Below, in pieces: positions 53,631 through 62,909 of a DNA stretch of 64,000 bases (positions are counted from its first letter, which is position 1; each line of letters begins with the position of its first letter). Made by a program: the position numbers and the translations under genes. The notes beneath the pieces were generated by a model. That model was not told the origin of the DNA, searched no databases, and saw nothing but the letters and a program-made list of their open reading frames with translations. The DNA is from Thermomicrobiales bacterium (GTDB lineage: Bacteria > Chloroflexota > Chloroflexia > Thermomicrobiales > UBA6265). The stretch spans positions 21,551 to 85,550 of the forward strand of contig JAMLHN010000004.1 of assembly GCA_023957115.1 (NCBI GenBank), read 5' to 3'.

Positions 53631-55301
53631 ATGTCTCAATCGAACGATTCGACCGAACTTCGCGCGCTCGTGGCTTCGCTCGACTCCGGTCATCTGGACC
53701 GGCGTGCATTTTTCGCCAATCTCGCCCGGCTCGGTATCGGTGGCGCGCTGGCCACCACCCTTTGGCAGGCAGGATCGAGCACGGCAGGAGCCGCTTCGGC
53801 CGGGAACGCGGTTGCGCCCCGCTTCTCGTTTCAGGATGGAAAGACCCTGATCGTCGCCATCCCCCAGGCGACCGTACAGCTCGACCCGGCCGTCGCGGGC
53901 ACCAATGGCTATGGCGACATCATCCCCATCAACGAAAACATTGCCGAGGGGTTGACCCGTTACAAGAACGGCACCTCAGAGATCGAACCCGCGCTGGCCG
54001 AGAGCTGGACCGTCTCCGATGACGGACTCACCTATGTCTTCACAATCCGGCAGGGCGTCACCTTCCACGACGGCACCCCGCTCGATGCCACAGCCGTGGA
54101 GACCAACTTCCTGCGGCAGCTCGATGCGGAGCACCCGCTTCATCAGGACAATTTCCCGTATACGGAGATCGTTTTCGCCGAGGTCGATTCTGTGGCTGCC
54201 ACCGGCGACTACGAGCTGACCATCACCCTCAGCCGGCCGATCACCCTGCTTCCCGCCAATCTGGCGGTTTTCGCCGGTGGCATCGTCAGCCCGACGGCGT
54301 TGGAAACGTACGGCCCTGACTACAGCGACAACGCCGCGGGCACCGGCCCATTCAAGCTCGATTCCTGGACCAAGGATGTGGAGCTGGTGCTGGCCGCCAA
54401 TGACGACTATTGGGGCGGACGACCGGCGTTGGACCGGGTGGTCTTCCGCACGATCGCGGACGACACCGTGCGCATTGCCGAGCTGACCACGGGCGGGATC
54501 GATATCGCCAACCAGATCGACTTCAAGGATGTCGCCTCGGTCGAAGCCGATCCGAATCTGCAGCTGATCACCGGCACCTTCTGGAATGTCCAGTTCCTCG
54601 GGTTCAATCAGAGTGTGGCGCCGTTCGACAACCCGCAACTCCGCCAGGCATTGCAGTACGCGATCAACAAGCAGAACGTGGCCGACGCGGTCTTCTACGG
54701 CAACTACACCCTGGGCGCGGGTCCGATCGCCCCCGGATTGCTCGGGTACGACGAGAGCCTGCAGGGCACGTTCACCTACGATCCGGAGCAGGCCAGGAGC
54801 CTGATCGCCGAATCAAGCGCAACCGAGCTGACCTTCGATCTCTACAACCGCACCAACTCGTTCTGGCCAATCGTGGGACAGCTGATCCAGGCAGATCTGG
54901 CCGAGGTGGGGGTGACCGCCAACCTGGTCTCGCTGGAAGATGCGGAGTTCTTCGATGCGCTCAACACGCCCGGTGAAGTAGGCGCCTTCCTGAACGACTG
55001 GACGTGGGACAACGGCGATCCGGATAACATCATCTATTCACTCTTCGCATCGCCACGCGCCGAAACCCGGCTGGGTCTGCACAACGAGCAGGTCATCGAT
55101 CTGACCGCACAGGCGCAGGTCGACTCCGACCCAGCCACGCGTGAGGAGTTGTACAAGCAGATCCAGGGCATTCTGCTCGACGATTCGGTGAGCGTCTTCC
55201 TGGGGTATCCGAGCCGGGCCATTGGCACGGTTGCCGGGGTCAGCGGATTGGTCCTGTCCCCGATCGGCAATATCGTCCTGCGTCCGGTGGATCTCGCCTA
55301 G
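53631..55301 (+). CDS. ABC transporter substrate-binding protein, family 5, Tat signal
   Basis: GGAGGACTAAC before ATG 53631; LDRRAFFANLARLGIGGALA leader; family-5 blocks (LRQALQYAINKQ). Confidence 0.9.
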   Translation: MSQSNDSTELRALVASLDSGHLDRRAFFANLARLGIGGALATTLWQAGSSTAGAASAGNAVAPRFSFQDGKTLIVAIPQATVQLDPAVAGTNGYGDIIPINENIAEGLTRYKNGTSEIEPALAESWTVSDDGLTYVFTIRQGVTFHDGTPLDATAVETNFLRQLDAEHPLHQDNFPYTEIVFAEVDSVAATGDYELTITLSRPITLLPANLAVFAGGIVSPTALETYGPDYSDNAAGTGPFKLDSWTKDVELVLAANDDYWGGRPALDRVVFRTIADDTVRIAELTTGGIDIANQIDFKDVASVEADPNLQLITGTFWNVQFLGFNQSVAPFDNPQLRQALQYAINKQNVADAVFYGNYTLGAGPIAPGLLGYDESLQGTFTYDPEQARSLIAESSATELTFDLYNRTNSFWPIVGQLIQADLAEVGVTANLVSLEDAEFFDALNTPGEVGAFLNDWTWDNGDPDNIIYSLFASPRAETRLGLHNEQVIDLTAQAQVDSDPATREELYKQIQGILLDDSVSVFLGYPSRAIGTVAGVSGLVLSPIGNIVLRPVDLA

Positions 55302-55329
55302 CCCAGGGTCCCGAGAACGATCGCATGGT

Positions 55330-56828
55330 AGGGGCGCCTCCTCGTGGCATGCGTTCCGACAAACACCCCTCATCCACCCGCCGGGACTCCGATCCGCGGA
55401 CGATTGCTCCGATCGGCGGCACGCACGCCCACTGGACCGACCCATCCGGATCGTCACCAGGTCGTCCGGGGTGGGATGATGCGCTTCGGGACCGGGATAA
55501 CATACTGGACGCGACGTGCCTTGCGCGAAGCCCCGGGGTCACCGGCAATCCGGCGATGATCCCGACGATATCGTCCTCCCTCGCCGCACCACCTGCGGCA
55601 GTTCGCTGCAACAGGGCCAGCGAGACATCGACCAGGTCGATCCCGGCGCGCAGGGCGATCTGTTGTCGCAACGCACTGGCGATCTGCGCAGTAAAGCAGC
55701 ACGCGCCCAGACCTGGGTCAGGATCAGCTCCCAATGTACAGAGCCAGACCACCCCGAGTCCCAGATGCTGCTTGAGGCTCTTGAAGGCCAGCTCGATATC
55801 CCACCGTCGGCCATAGAGCTGCACCACATCGGCCGCCGACAACAACCCGGAATCGAGCACATTGGTCAGATAGACGTAGGGGGTTGTGGTGATGGTGACG
55901 GTGATGCGCCGGACCAGATGCCTGGCTTGATCGGCGCGGTAGGCGCCCAGCAGATCAACTCGTCGGTCAAGCCGGGTTGGTCGATAGGTATGGACCACGG
56001 TGGCGCTGGTGCGACGCGGCTGCTTGGAGATGAACCAATAGCCGTCGTCGCTGAGCTGATCGAAGAGGGGAAGCTGAAATACCCCAGATCGACGAGGAAC
56101 AGACTGGCCGGTGGCAACGCACGATAAAGTGCCGGGGCGGCGGCTTTGGGATTCTGATGCGGCAGCTCGGTTGGTCGCACCTGGGCAAAGAGTTGGCGGC
56201 GCACATCGAGGCGACCTTCAGGCTTGCCCGGCAGCAGCACATCGGCGCTCCGCTCCGTCTCGCGGAGGCGCGGCAGGTGACGGGCCACCTGCGCCAGCGA
56301 GGTGTCGTCGAGGGCGTAGACCCCGGTGGCAAATGGGGCCAACGTCCTGATCGCCGGACGAGTCGGCGATGAGCTCGGCGGTGACCTGGGTAAAGACGGT
56401 TTCCAATTGGGTCGGACCGCTCCGCAGCAAGCGTTTGCGCACCTTCGGCACTGATTGGCACCAGTTCGATGGTGCCACAGGCAAGCTGCCCTGGCTCAAC
56501 AGCGCCAGATGGCCAGTTGACTGCCCTGGCCGCGCACGATACAGACCAGCATGCCGGTCCACAGCAGGGCGGCGCTCAGGACTTCAGGGCGTCCGGTGCG
56601 TGCGGGGGCCAACGCCAAGCGGGGCAGCAGATCCTGGAGGGCCGCTTCGATGGCGCTCAGGCGTTCGGCACCTTGGTACGGGCAGACATCAGAACTCCTC
56701 CGGTCGGGAACGACCCGGTGCCGGGGTGCACCGGGACTCCGGACGGTACCGCACCCCCACTCCGACGGTCCACCACCGCCCCCAGCGGGCGGAGTTTGTC
56801 GGAACACATGCTCCTCGTGGGCGCCCCT
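55330..56828. mobile_element. decayed IS4-family-like insertion sequence (~1.5 kb)
   Basis: Terminal inverted repeats 55331-55364 vs 56794-56827 (27/34; identical 8-bp tips GGGGCGCC and inner GTTCCGACAAAC). Encloses transposase fragments; no target-site duplication seen. Confidence 0.7.
55331..56689 (-). pseudogene. DDE transposase (IS4-like), broken by at least four, probably five or six, frameshifts
   Basis: GGAGGAG then ATG 56689. Recognisable blocks lie in different frames: GRPEVLSAALLWTGMLV, VPKVRKRLLRSGPTQLETVFTQV, FATGVYALDDTSL, LFLVDLGYFSF | PLFDQLSDDGYWFISK, LYGRRWDIELAFKSLKQHLGL. The 3' end is undefined. Confidence 0.7.
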
Positions 56829-56905
56829 CTTGCCCGCCACCATGTCGGGTTTCGAACACCATGGCGTTGGGCCGACTGTGCGAGGGTTCGAGCGGTAACA
56901 CGAGC

Positions 56906-56934
56906 GAGATTCTTCGCCGCCGCTCAGAATGACG
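56906..56934 (+). repeat. dispersed motif copy GAGATTCTTCGCCGCCGCTCAGAATGACG
   Basis: Inverted pentamers ATTCT/AGAAT; 78 nt outside the IS right end. Confidence 0.7.
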
Positions 56935-56985
56935 TGGGCAGGATAGTGCTTTCTGCCACGAACGTCGCGATGATAGGATGAATAG

Positions 56986-58144
56986 ATGCCGCTTTCTGAT
57001 ACGAATGCATGTGCGCGAAACGCCTCCGCGATGCCAGTGCGCGGCGGTGGCTGATCTGCTATCTCGATCATGCCATCCGATTCGCCTGCGCCGGAACGAA
57101 CGCGGCGCGTAGTCGTCGAACGAGCCGAGCTCTTGATGAAATCCGCTCGCTCAGGTCCGTAATCGTGAGGACTATCTTGCCGATGCGAACCGGCTGCTGG
57201 CCGGCAGGTTGAACACGACGCCGGACCGGTTCGCCTATCTGACCAACGTCGCCGATACCACCGCGGCCATCGCAAACGGTATCGCCTGGCAACCGGGCGA
57301 CAATGTCGTGCTGGTCCAGGGGGAATACCCGTCATTCGTTCTTCCCTGGACCCGGCTCGCACAACATGGCGTCGAAAGCCGTTTTGCCCGGTCTCAGGGA
57401 ATCGAGACCGATCTCGATGCAATCGAGGACGTCATCGACGATCGCACCCGCGCCGTGATCATCAGCCATGTCGACTTCAACTCCGGCTATCGCAACGATC
57501 TCGCCGCAATCGGCACGCTGGCGCATGCACATGGCGCCCTTTTCGTGGTCGACGCCAGCCAGTCGCTGGGGGCAATTCCGGTCGATGTCACGGCCTGGGG
57601 CATCGATGCGCTGGTCTGCGTCGGCTACAAGTGGCTGATGGCATCCCACGGCATTGCAGTGCTCTACGTCAGTGAACGCGCGCAGGAGCAGATCGTGCCG
57701 ACGGCGCCCGGCCGGTACAGTGTCCGGTCCGGCTGGCCTTTTCCCGACTACGATCTCGACTGGGCCGGCAGCGCGATCCGCTACCAAGGTGGCGCGCTGA
57801 ACTGGATCGGGGTCTGCGCGCTGGCCGAGTCGCTCACGTTGCAAGATGAGATCGGAGGAGATGTCATCGCGCAACGGGTCATCGAGCTGACCGATCTGCT
57901 GATCGACAAGCTCGACGCGTTGCCCGTCGAGATCACGAGCAGCCGCGTCCCGGAACATCGTTCGTCGTATCTCACGTTCACACTCGGCTCGATCGAGCGG
58001 GACGACGCTCTGGTCGATTCCGGCAAAGCCGCCAACGTCTTGTTCGGCCGCCGGGGCGGCGGCGTTCGCGTCGGAACGCATTTTTGGAACGACGAATCCG
58101 ATCTCGACCGGCTGGTCGCCTTGATCGAACAGGCAGCGAGGTAA
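56986..58144 (+). pseudogene. class-V aminotransferase (cysteine desulfurase/isopenicillin-N-epimerase-like) with a scrambled 5' end
   Basis: 57209-58144 is an intact frame (VISHVDFNSGY, VDASQSLG, VCVGYKWLMASHG). The expected N-terminal ~70 aa appear only as fragments in three frames (ATG 56986; ..ICYLDHA..; ..NREDYLADANRLLAGRL..). Confidence 0.65.
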
Positions 58145-58148
58145 TCCA

Positions 58149-59384
58149 ATGAGCCGGGAGTGGTATTCCGGGACAAACCGGTGGGAGCGGATCCAGAACG
58201 CGATCGAGCGTCACAACCTCGATGCGCTGCTCGCCCTTACCCCGGAGAACGCACACTACCTGGCCGGTTTTGGCAGCTATGTCGCCACCCATTGGCGACT
58301 GCCCGGGCTCTTCGCGGTGGTCATTGGCAAAAATGGCAAGAAAGCGATCGTCTCCGGCGAATTCGGTCGCGATCCAGGCGCGCCCGAACCCGACTACACC
58401 GTCTTCCCGTACACGAGCTGGACCGAATCGGTCGACGTTCGTGGGCTGACTGGAGGCTCGATAGCCGAACGCACGCAGCAAGCCCGGCCGTATGCGGTCG
58501 AGCGGCCGGCACAATTCGACCTGGGCGAGGTCTTCGACCGGGTGGGCGATGCGATCCGGTCTGTCGCGCCGAACGCCAGGAATGTCGGGGTCGATCTGGA
58601 TCTGATCGACGATCGGTCGGTGGGCTATCTCGTCGGTGTGCTCGGCAACGCGCTTGGGCTGCCCTGGGATTCGATCTTCGACGATCTCCGTGCCATCAAA
58701 GACCCGGACGAGATCGCACAGTTGCGGCTCGCCTGCGAGCTGGCGGAACTTGGCATTGGCGATGTGGTGAAGGATCTCGAGCTCGACCAGTCCGCGCTGG
58801 CCGTGAATAGTGCGTATCACATCGCGGTCCATCGCGCGGTGACACACGATCCGCGGTTCGCCGGGTTCCGGCAGTCGGAGGGATTGGCGACGGTCGGTTT
58901 GGGAACCGACGCTCCCGGCCACGTCGTGCCGGGACAGACGATAAAATTCGACATGCAGGTCGATATCGCCGGATATCACAGCGACGTCGGGCGAACCTAT
59001 GCCATCGACCCGACTCCCGACCAGCAGGCGACCTACGATGCGCTCCTCGGCGCGCTGCACGAGATGACCGCGGCAGTCGCACCGGGGATCACCTTCGCTC
59101 AGCTGTACGCAATCGGCGCGGGCGCGATGCATCGGGCGGGTTTCGCGAACTACAGTCGCGGCCATCTGGGACACAGCGACGGTCTGACCCAGCATTTCGA
59201 GGAGGCGCCGTTCATCGCGCCAGCGGAACACCGTCCACTGACGCCGAATATGGTGCTGAGTCTGGAGATGCCCTATTACCTGTATGGGGTCGGCGCGTTT
59301 CAGCTGGAACGGATGGTGCTCGTGACCGAGGATGGGCACGAGGTGCTGGATTCGTTGCCGTTTCAGCTGGCGGTGGATCGGTAG
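58149..59384 (+). CDS. M24-family peptidase (Xaa-Pro aminopeptidase/creatinase type)
   Basis: Creatinase-like N-domain plus pita-bread domain (FDMQVDIAGYHSDVGRTY, HLGHSDG, LSLEMPYY). Confidence 0.8.
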   Translation: MSREWYSGTNRWERIQNAIERHNLDALLALTPENAHYLAGFGSYVATHWRLPGLFAVVIGKNGKKAIVSGEFGRDPGAPEPDYTVFPYTSWTESVDVRGLTGGSIAERTQQARPYAVERPAQFDLGEVFDRVGDAIRSVAPNARNVGVDLDLIDDRSVGYLVGVLGNALGLPWDSIFDDLRAIKDPDEIAQLRLACELAELGIGDVVKDLELDQSALAVNSAYHIAVHRAVTHDPRFAGFRQSEGLATVGLGTDAPGHVVPGQTIKFDMQVDIAGYHSDVGRTYAIDPTPDQQATYDALLGALHEMTAAVAPGITFAQLYAIGAGAMHRAGFANYSRGHLGHSDGLTQHFEEAPFIAPAEHRPLTPNMVLSLEMPYYLYGVGAFQLERMVLVTEDGHEVLDSLPFQLAVDR

Positions 59385-59479
59385 GACGTTTGGTATGGAT
59401 TTTGAGTAGTGGGGAATGGAGCTCCGGGCGATCCCCACGGGCACGCCCCGACCCCAATCCCAGAGCGGGCGGCCAACCT

Positions 59480-60484
59480 ATGGCCCGCTACATGCTGCAA
59501 CGCATCCTCATCGCAATTCCGGTCCTGATCGGAGTGTCGATCGTTGTCTTCCTGATGCTCCATTCGGCCGGGGGCGATCCAGCGCAGCAGATCCTGGGAC
59601 CGCGGGCCGATGCGGAATCGGTGGCGCGGTTGCAGGAAGAGATGGGACTCAACCGCCCGCTGGCGGTGCAGTACGCCGATTTCGCAAAAGGCGCGATCCA
59701 GGGCGATCTCGGTCGCTCGTACCGGTCCAACGCCACCGTCACCAGCGAAGTGCTCACCCGCTTTCCGGCGACCATCGAGCTCGCGCTGGCTGCCATGTTG
59801 ATCGGCACCACTATCGGGTTGATCGCCGGAATCATTGCTGGGGTGCGGCGTGATTCGTTCTTCGACTATTCCAGCACGCTGGGCGCCTTGATCGGAATCT
59901 CCATCCCCACCTTCTGGCTGGGCATGATCCTGATCATCGTCTTTGGGGTCGAGCTTCGCTGGCTCCCCATCTCCGGCCGGGTCAATCCCCGGTTGGGCGC
60001 CGATCCCTCGGCGCCGTTTCTGGTGATCAATTCGGCGTTGCATGGCAACTGGACCGTCTTCCGCGATTCGCTGGAACACCTGATCCTGCCAGCGTTGACC
60101 CTGGCAGGCTGGCCCGCCGCGATCGTGGCACGTATGACTCGCGCCGCCATGATCGAAACGATGGACCGGGAGTACATCCGCACCGCCCGGGCAAAGGGAC
60201 TGACGGAGTCCCTGGTCGTCAAACGCCATGCGTTACGCAATGCGTTCATCCCGGTCGTGACCGTGGTTGGGCTGGAACTTGGCGGACTGCTGGGTGGCGC
60301 TGTGGTCACCGAAACCGTCTTCTCCTGGCCCGGTGTCGGCAAGCTGGCCGCCGATGCCATCCTGGCGCGTGACTATCAGGTTGTGCAGGGGGTGGTGCTT
60401 CTGCTGGCGGCCATCTTCATCGTCCTCAATCTGCTGGTCGATCTGATCTATTCGTGGCTCGACCCGCGGATCCGGTACGCCTGA
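59480..60484 (+). CDS. ABC importer permease (DppB-like)
   Basis: MARYMLQRILIAIPVLIGVSIVVFLMLHSAGGDP. Confidence 0.9.
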   Translation: MARYMLQRILIAIPVLIGVSIVVFLMLHSAGGDPAQQILGPRADAESVARLQEEMGLNRPLAVQYADFAKGAIQGDLGRSYRSNATVTSEVLTRFPATIELALAAMLIGTTIGLIAGIIAGVRRDSFFDYSSTLGALIGISIPTFWLGMILIIVFGVELRWLPISGRVNPRLGADPSAPFLVINSALHGNWTVFRDSLEHLILPALTLAGWPAAIVARMTRAAMIETMDREYIRTARAKGLTESLVVKRHALRNAFIPVVTVVGLELGGLLGGAVVTETVFSWPGVGKLAADAILARDYQVVQGVVLLLAAIFIVLNLLVDLIYSWLDPRIRYA

Positions 60485-61368
60485 TGGATATCGTCGTCAC
60501 CAAGCCACTGCTCGCACGTTCTCCCCGAGTCAGCAGCCGCTGGAACCGCATCCTGCGGCAATTCACCCGCAACCGGTTGGCGGTCGCGGGGACGATCATT
60601 CTCGTGTTCCTCGGGGTAATTGCCGTGTTCGGCCCGTTTCTGGTGGCCGATCCGCGCGCCCAGGATGTCCCCAACCGTTTCGAGCGTCCGAGCTGGGAAC
60701 ATTGGTTCGGCACCGACGAGCTCGGACGCGACATCCTTGCCCGCACGGTCAACGGTGCCCGCATCTCGCTGGCGTCGGCGCTGGCGGCCGTCGCGGTCGC
60801 CCTCACAATTGGGACCACCATTGGGTTGATCGCCGGGTATCTGGAAGGGAAGGCCGGTCTCTGGCTGATGGCGCTGATCGACCTGCTGCTGGCGATTCCG
60901 GCCATCCTGCTGGCAATCACGCTGGCCGCCCGGCTCGGACCCGGACTGACCTCGGCCATGATCGCCGCCGGACTCGTGGGGCTCCCCGCCTATGCCCGGT
61001 TGGCCCGCGGCGCGGCATTACAGGTCAAACGACAGGAGTTCGTGACTGCGGCGCAGGTTACCGGGCTGACGCGCGCCGGCATCATCCGCACACACATCTT
61101 CCCGAATATCCTCACGCCGGTCATCATCCAGGCAACCATCGGGGTCGGCAACGCGATCCTGCTCGTCTCCGCGCTCGGTTACCTCGGGGTCGGAGCGCAA
61201 CCACCGACCCCGGAATGGGGCCGCATGCTGAGCGACGCACAGAAATTCATCCTCACCGAACCCTACATCGCGATCTTTCCGGGCGTGGCGATCGCCCTGA
61301 CGGTTATTGGTTTCAATCTCGCGGGCGACGGCCTGCGGGACGCATTCGATCCGGTGGTCAAACGATAA
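60484..61368 (+). CDS. ABC importer permease (DppC-like)
   Basis: GTDELGRDILARTVNGARISL; TGATG stop/start overlap. Confidence 0.9.
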   Translation: MDIVVTKPLLARSPRVSSRWNRILRQFTRNRLAVAGTIILVFLGVIAVFGPFLVADPRAQDVPNRFERPSWEHWFGTDELGRDILARTVNGARISLASALAAVAVALTIGTTIGLIAGYLEGKAGLWLMALIDLLLAIPAILLAITLAARLGPGLTSAMIAAGLVGLPAYARLARGAALQVKRQEFVTAAQVTGLTRAGIIRTHIFPNILTPVIIQATIGVGNAILLVSALGYLGVGAQPPTPEWGRMLSDAQKFILTEPYIAIFPGVAIALTVIGFNLAGDGLRDAFDPVVKR

Positions 61369-61565
61369 GTCATCCCGGACATACCACGAGTCCGAGCGGT
61401 CACAACCCTTTTTCCGGATATAGTTTATTTCTCAATCGAGTAATATAGTATCTTGCGCCTACTGCGCGCGTTCCGTCCAGTGCCGCAAACGCCCCGGCCA
61501 GATGACGAGCGCGTCAGGATCGAGTCGATTTCCGCCTAAAACCCGGTCACCTCGTGAGGGAGCCC

Positions 61566-62570
61566 ATGCAATTCAACTACTTCATCCCCAACATCACTGA
61601 GGGGCGCCTGGCCGGGATGGGCACCATCACCTGGGATGCGCTGCTGACGCGCGCGAGGGCCGCCGAGGAGCTGGGGTTCGACACCGTCGGCGTTGGCGAG
61701 TTTATCCAGACACAGCAAGATGTCGGAACGGGCTTTCCTGGCGAGCCCCCTCGCAACTTCGCCCCGATTTCCATCATGGGCGCGCTGGCCGCGGCCACAC
61801 CGCGCATTCGGATATCGACGCTTGTCCTGGTGCTTCCCTACCACGACCCGCTGATCCTCGGGCGCGAGATCGCCACCCTCGACAACATCAGTGGGGGACG
61901 CATCACCCTCGGAGTGGGAATCGGCGGCGAATCGGAGGACTATCGTCGAACGCGGCAGCAGTTGGGCACCGTCAACCGTTCTCAGCTTATGGATGAGTCG
62001 CTCGAAGCGATGCGCCTGCTTTGGACCGAACCATACGCGTCGTTCCACGGCGACCATTTTGCGTTCGACGATCTTCAGACGTATCCCAAACCCATTCAAC
62101 AGCCGTTTCCCGTCTATCTCGCCGGGAATACCGACGGGTTGATGCGCCGGACCGCGAAGTTCGGTCAGGGCTGGATTCAGATGACCGCGGGTCCGGAGCT
62201 CATGCGCCGGCAAATAGATCAGCTTCGTGCGTATACGGAGGACGCGGGTCGTGATCCTTCAGAGGTCAGGATCGTACGGCAGTGCTTCACCAGCATCGCC
62301 GCGACCGATGACGCTGCCTGGGAAAACCAGCGCACCGCCGTCCGCCCGAAAGCAACACCAAGAGCGCGGAAAGGCATCGCTCAGGCGCAAAGCGAACAAC
62401 ACGAGCGGCTCTTCGTCGGTTCACCGGATACCATCCGGCGCCGCTTGCACGCCTTTGCCGAGATCGGGGTCGACGAAATCGGCTTCACCATGTTCGAAGC
62501 GGACACCGATGCAGCACTTCGCCAGCTCGAGCTGCTTGCAACCAAGGTCATTCCAGACTTCCGCAGTTAG
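61566..62570 (+). CDS. LLM-class flavin/F420-dependent oxidoreductase
   Basis: MQFNYFIPN.., LGFDTVGVGEF, GRITLGVGIGG; GTG 61554 is an alternative start. Confidence 0.8.
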   Translation: MQFNYFIPNITEGRLAGMGTITWDALLTRARAAEELGFDTVGVGEFIQTQQDVGTGFPGEPPRNFAPISIMGALAAATPRIRISTLVLVLPYHDPLILGREIATLDNISGGRITLGVGIGGESEDYRRTRQQLGTVNRSQLMDESLEAMRLLWTEPYASFHGDHFAFDDLQTYPKPIQQPFPVYLAGNTDGLMRRTAKFGQGWIQMTAGPELMRRQIDQLRAYTEDAGRDPSEVRIVRQCFTSIAATDDAAWENQRTAVRPKATPRARKGIAQAQSEQHERLFVGSPDTIRRRLHAFAEIGVDEIGFTMFEADTDAALRQLELLATKVIPDFRS

Positions 62571-62708
62571 GGCGTGTTTGAAAAGGGTCCGGCGTCCGGA
62601 GCCCGGAGCCCGGAGGAGACCGAAGCAACGAGGTTCGGAGTCTCAACGGCATGAAGCACCCGAAACGCGGCGCCCATCGGGCCGCACGATGGGCTTTTCA
62701 AACACGGC
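62571..62708. repeat. inverted-repeat-bounded element containing (GYCCGGA) heptamers and two hairpins
   Basis: GGCGTGTTTGAAAAG (62571-62585) vs the reverse complement of CTTTTCAAACACGGCC (62693-62708), with an 11-bp perfect core. Inside: GTCCGGC GTCCGGA GCCCGGA GCCCGGA at 62587-62614. Confidence 0.6.
62672..62698 (+). terminator. intrinsic terminator after the LLM gene
   Basis: GCCCATCG/CGATGGGC 8-bp stem, 7-nt loop, TTTT. Confidence 0.6.
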
Positions 62709-62909
62709 CTAAGCGTCGCTGGGGGTTCTGCAGAGCATCGATGCCTATGCCGAAGTGTGTATTGGCACAATAATTGATTTTTGTATCAAGTACTATGTAA
62801 TTTAGTGAACGACACGGACGGGTCATTTCGCCAACCTAGACCCGCACGTCGGTTGCAAAGCGCAGTGCCGCGAGCTGGCGCGGTAGGTAGATATCCAAAG
62901 GAGTTTCGA

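Noticed and set aside
57978-59444. 488-aa minus-strand ORF antisense to the M24 peptidase gene
   Set aside because: No recognisable domain and Arg-rich composition. The opposite strand encodes a clearly motif-bearing M24 peptidase.
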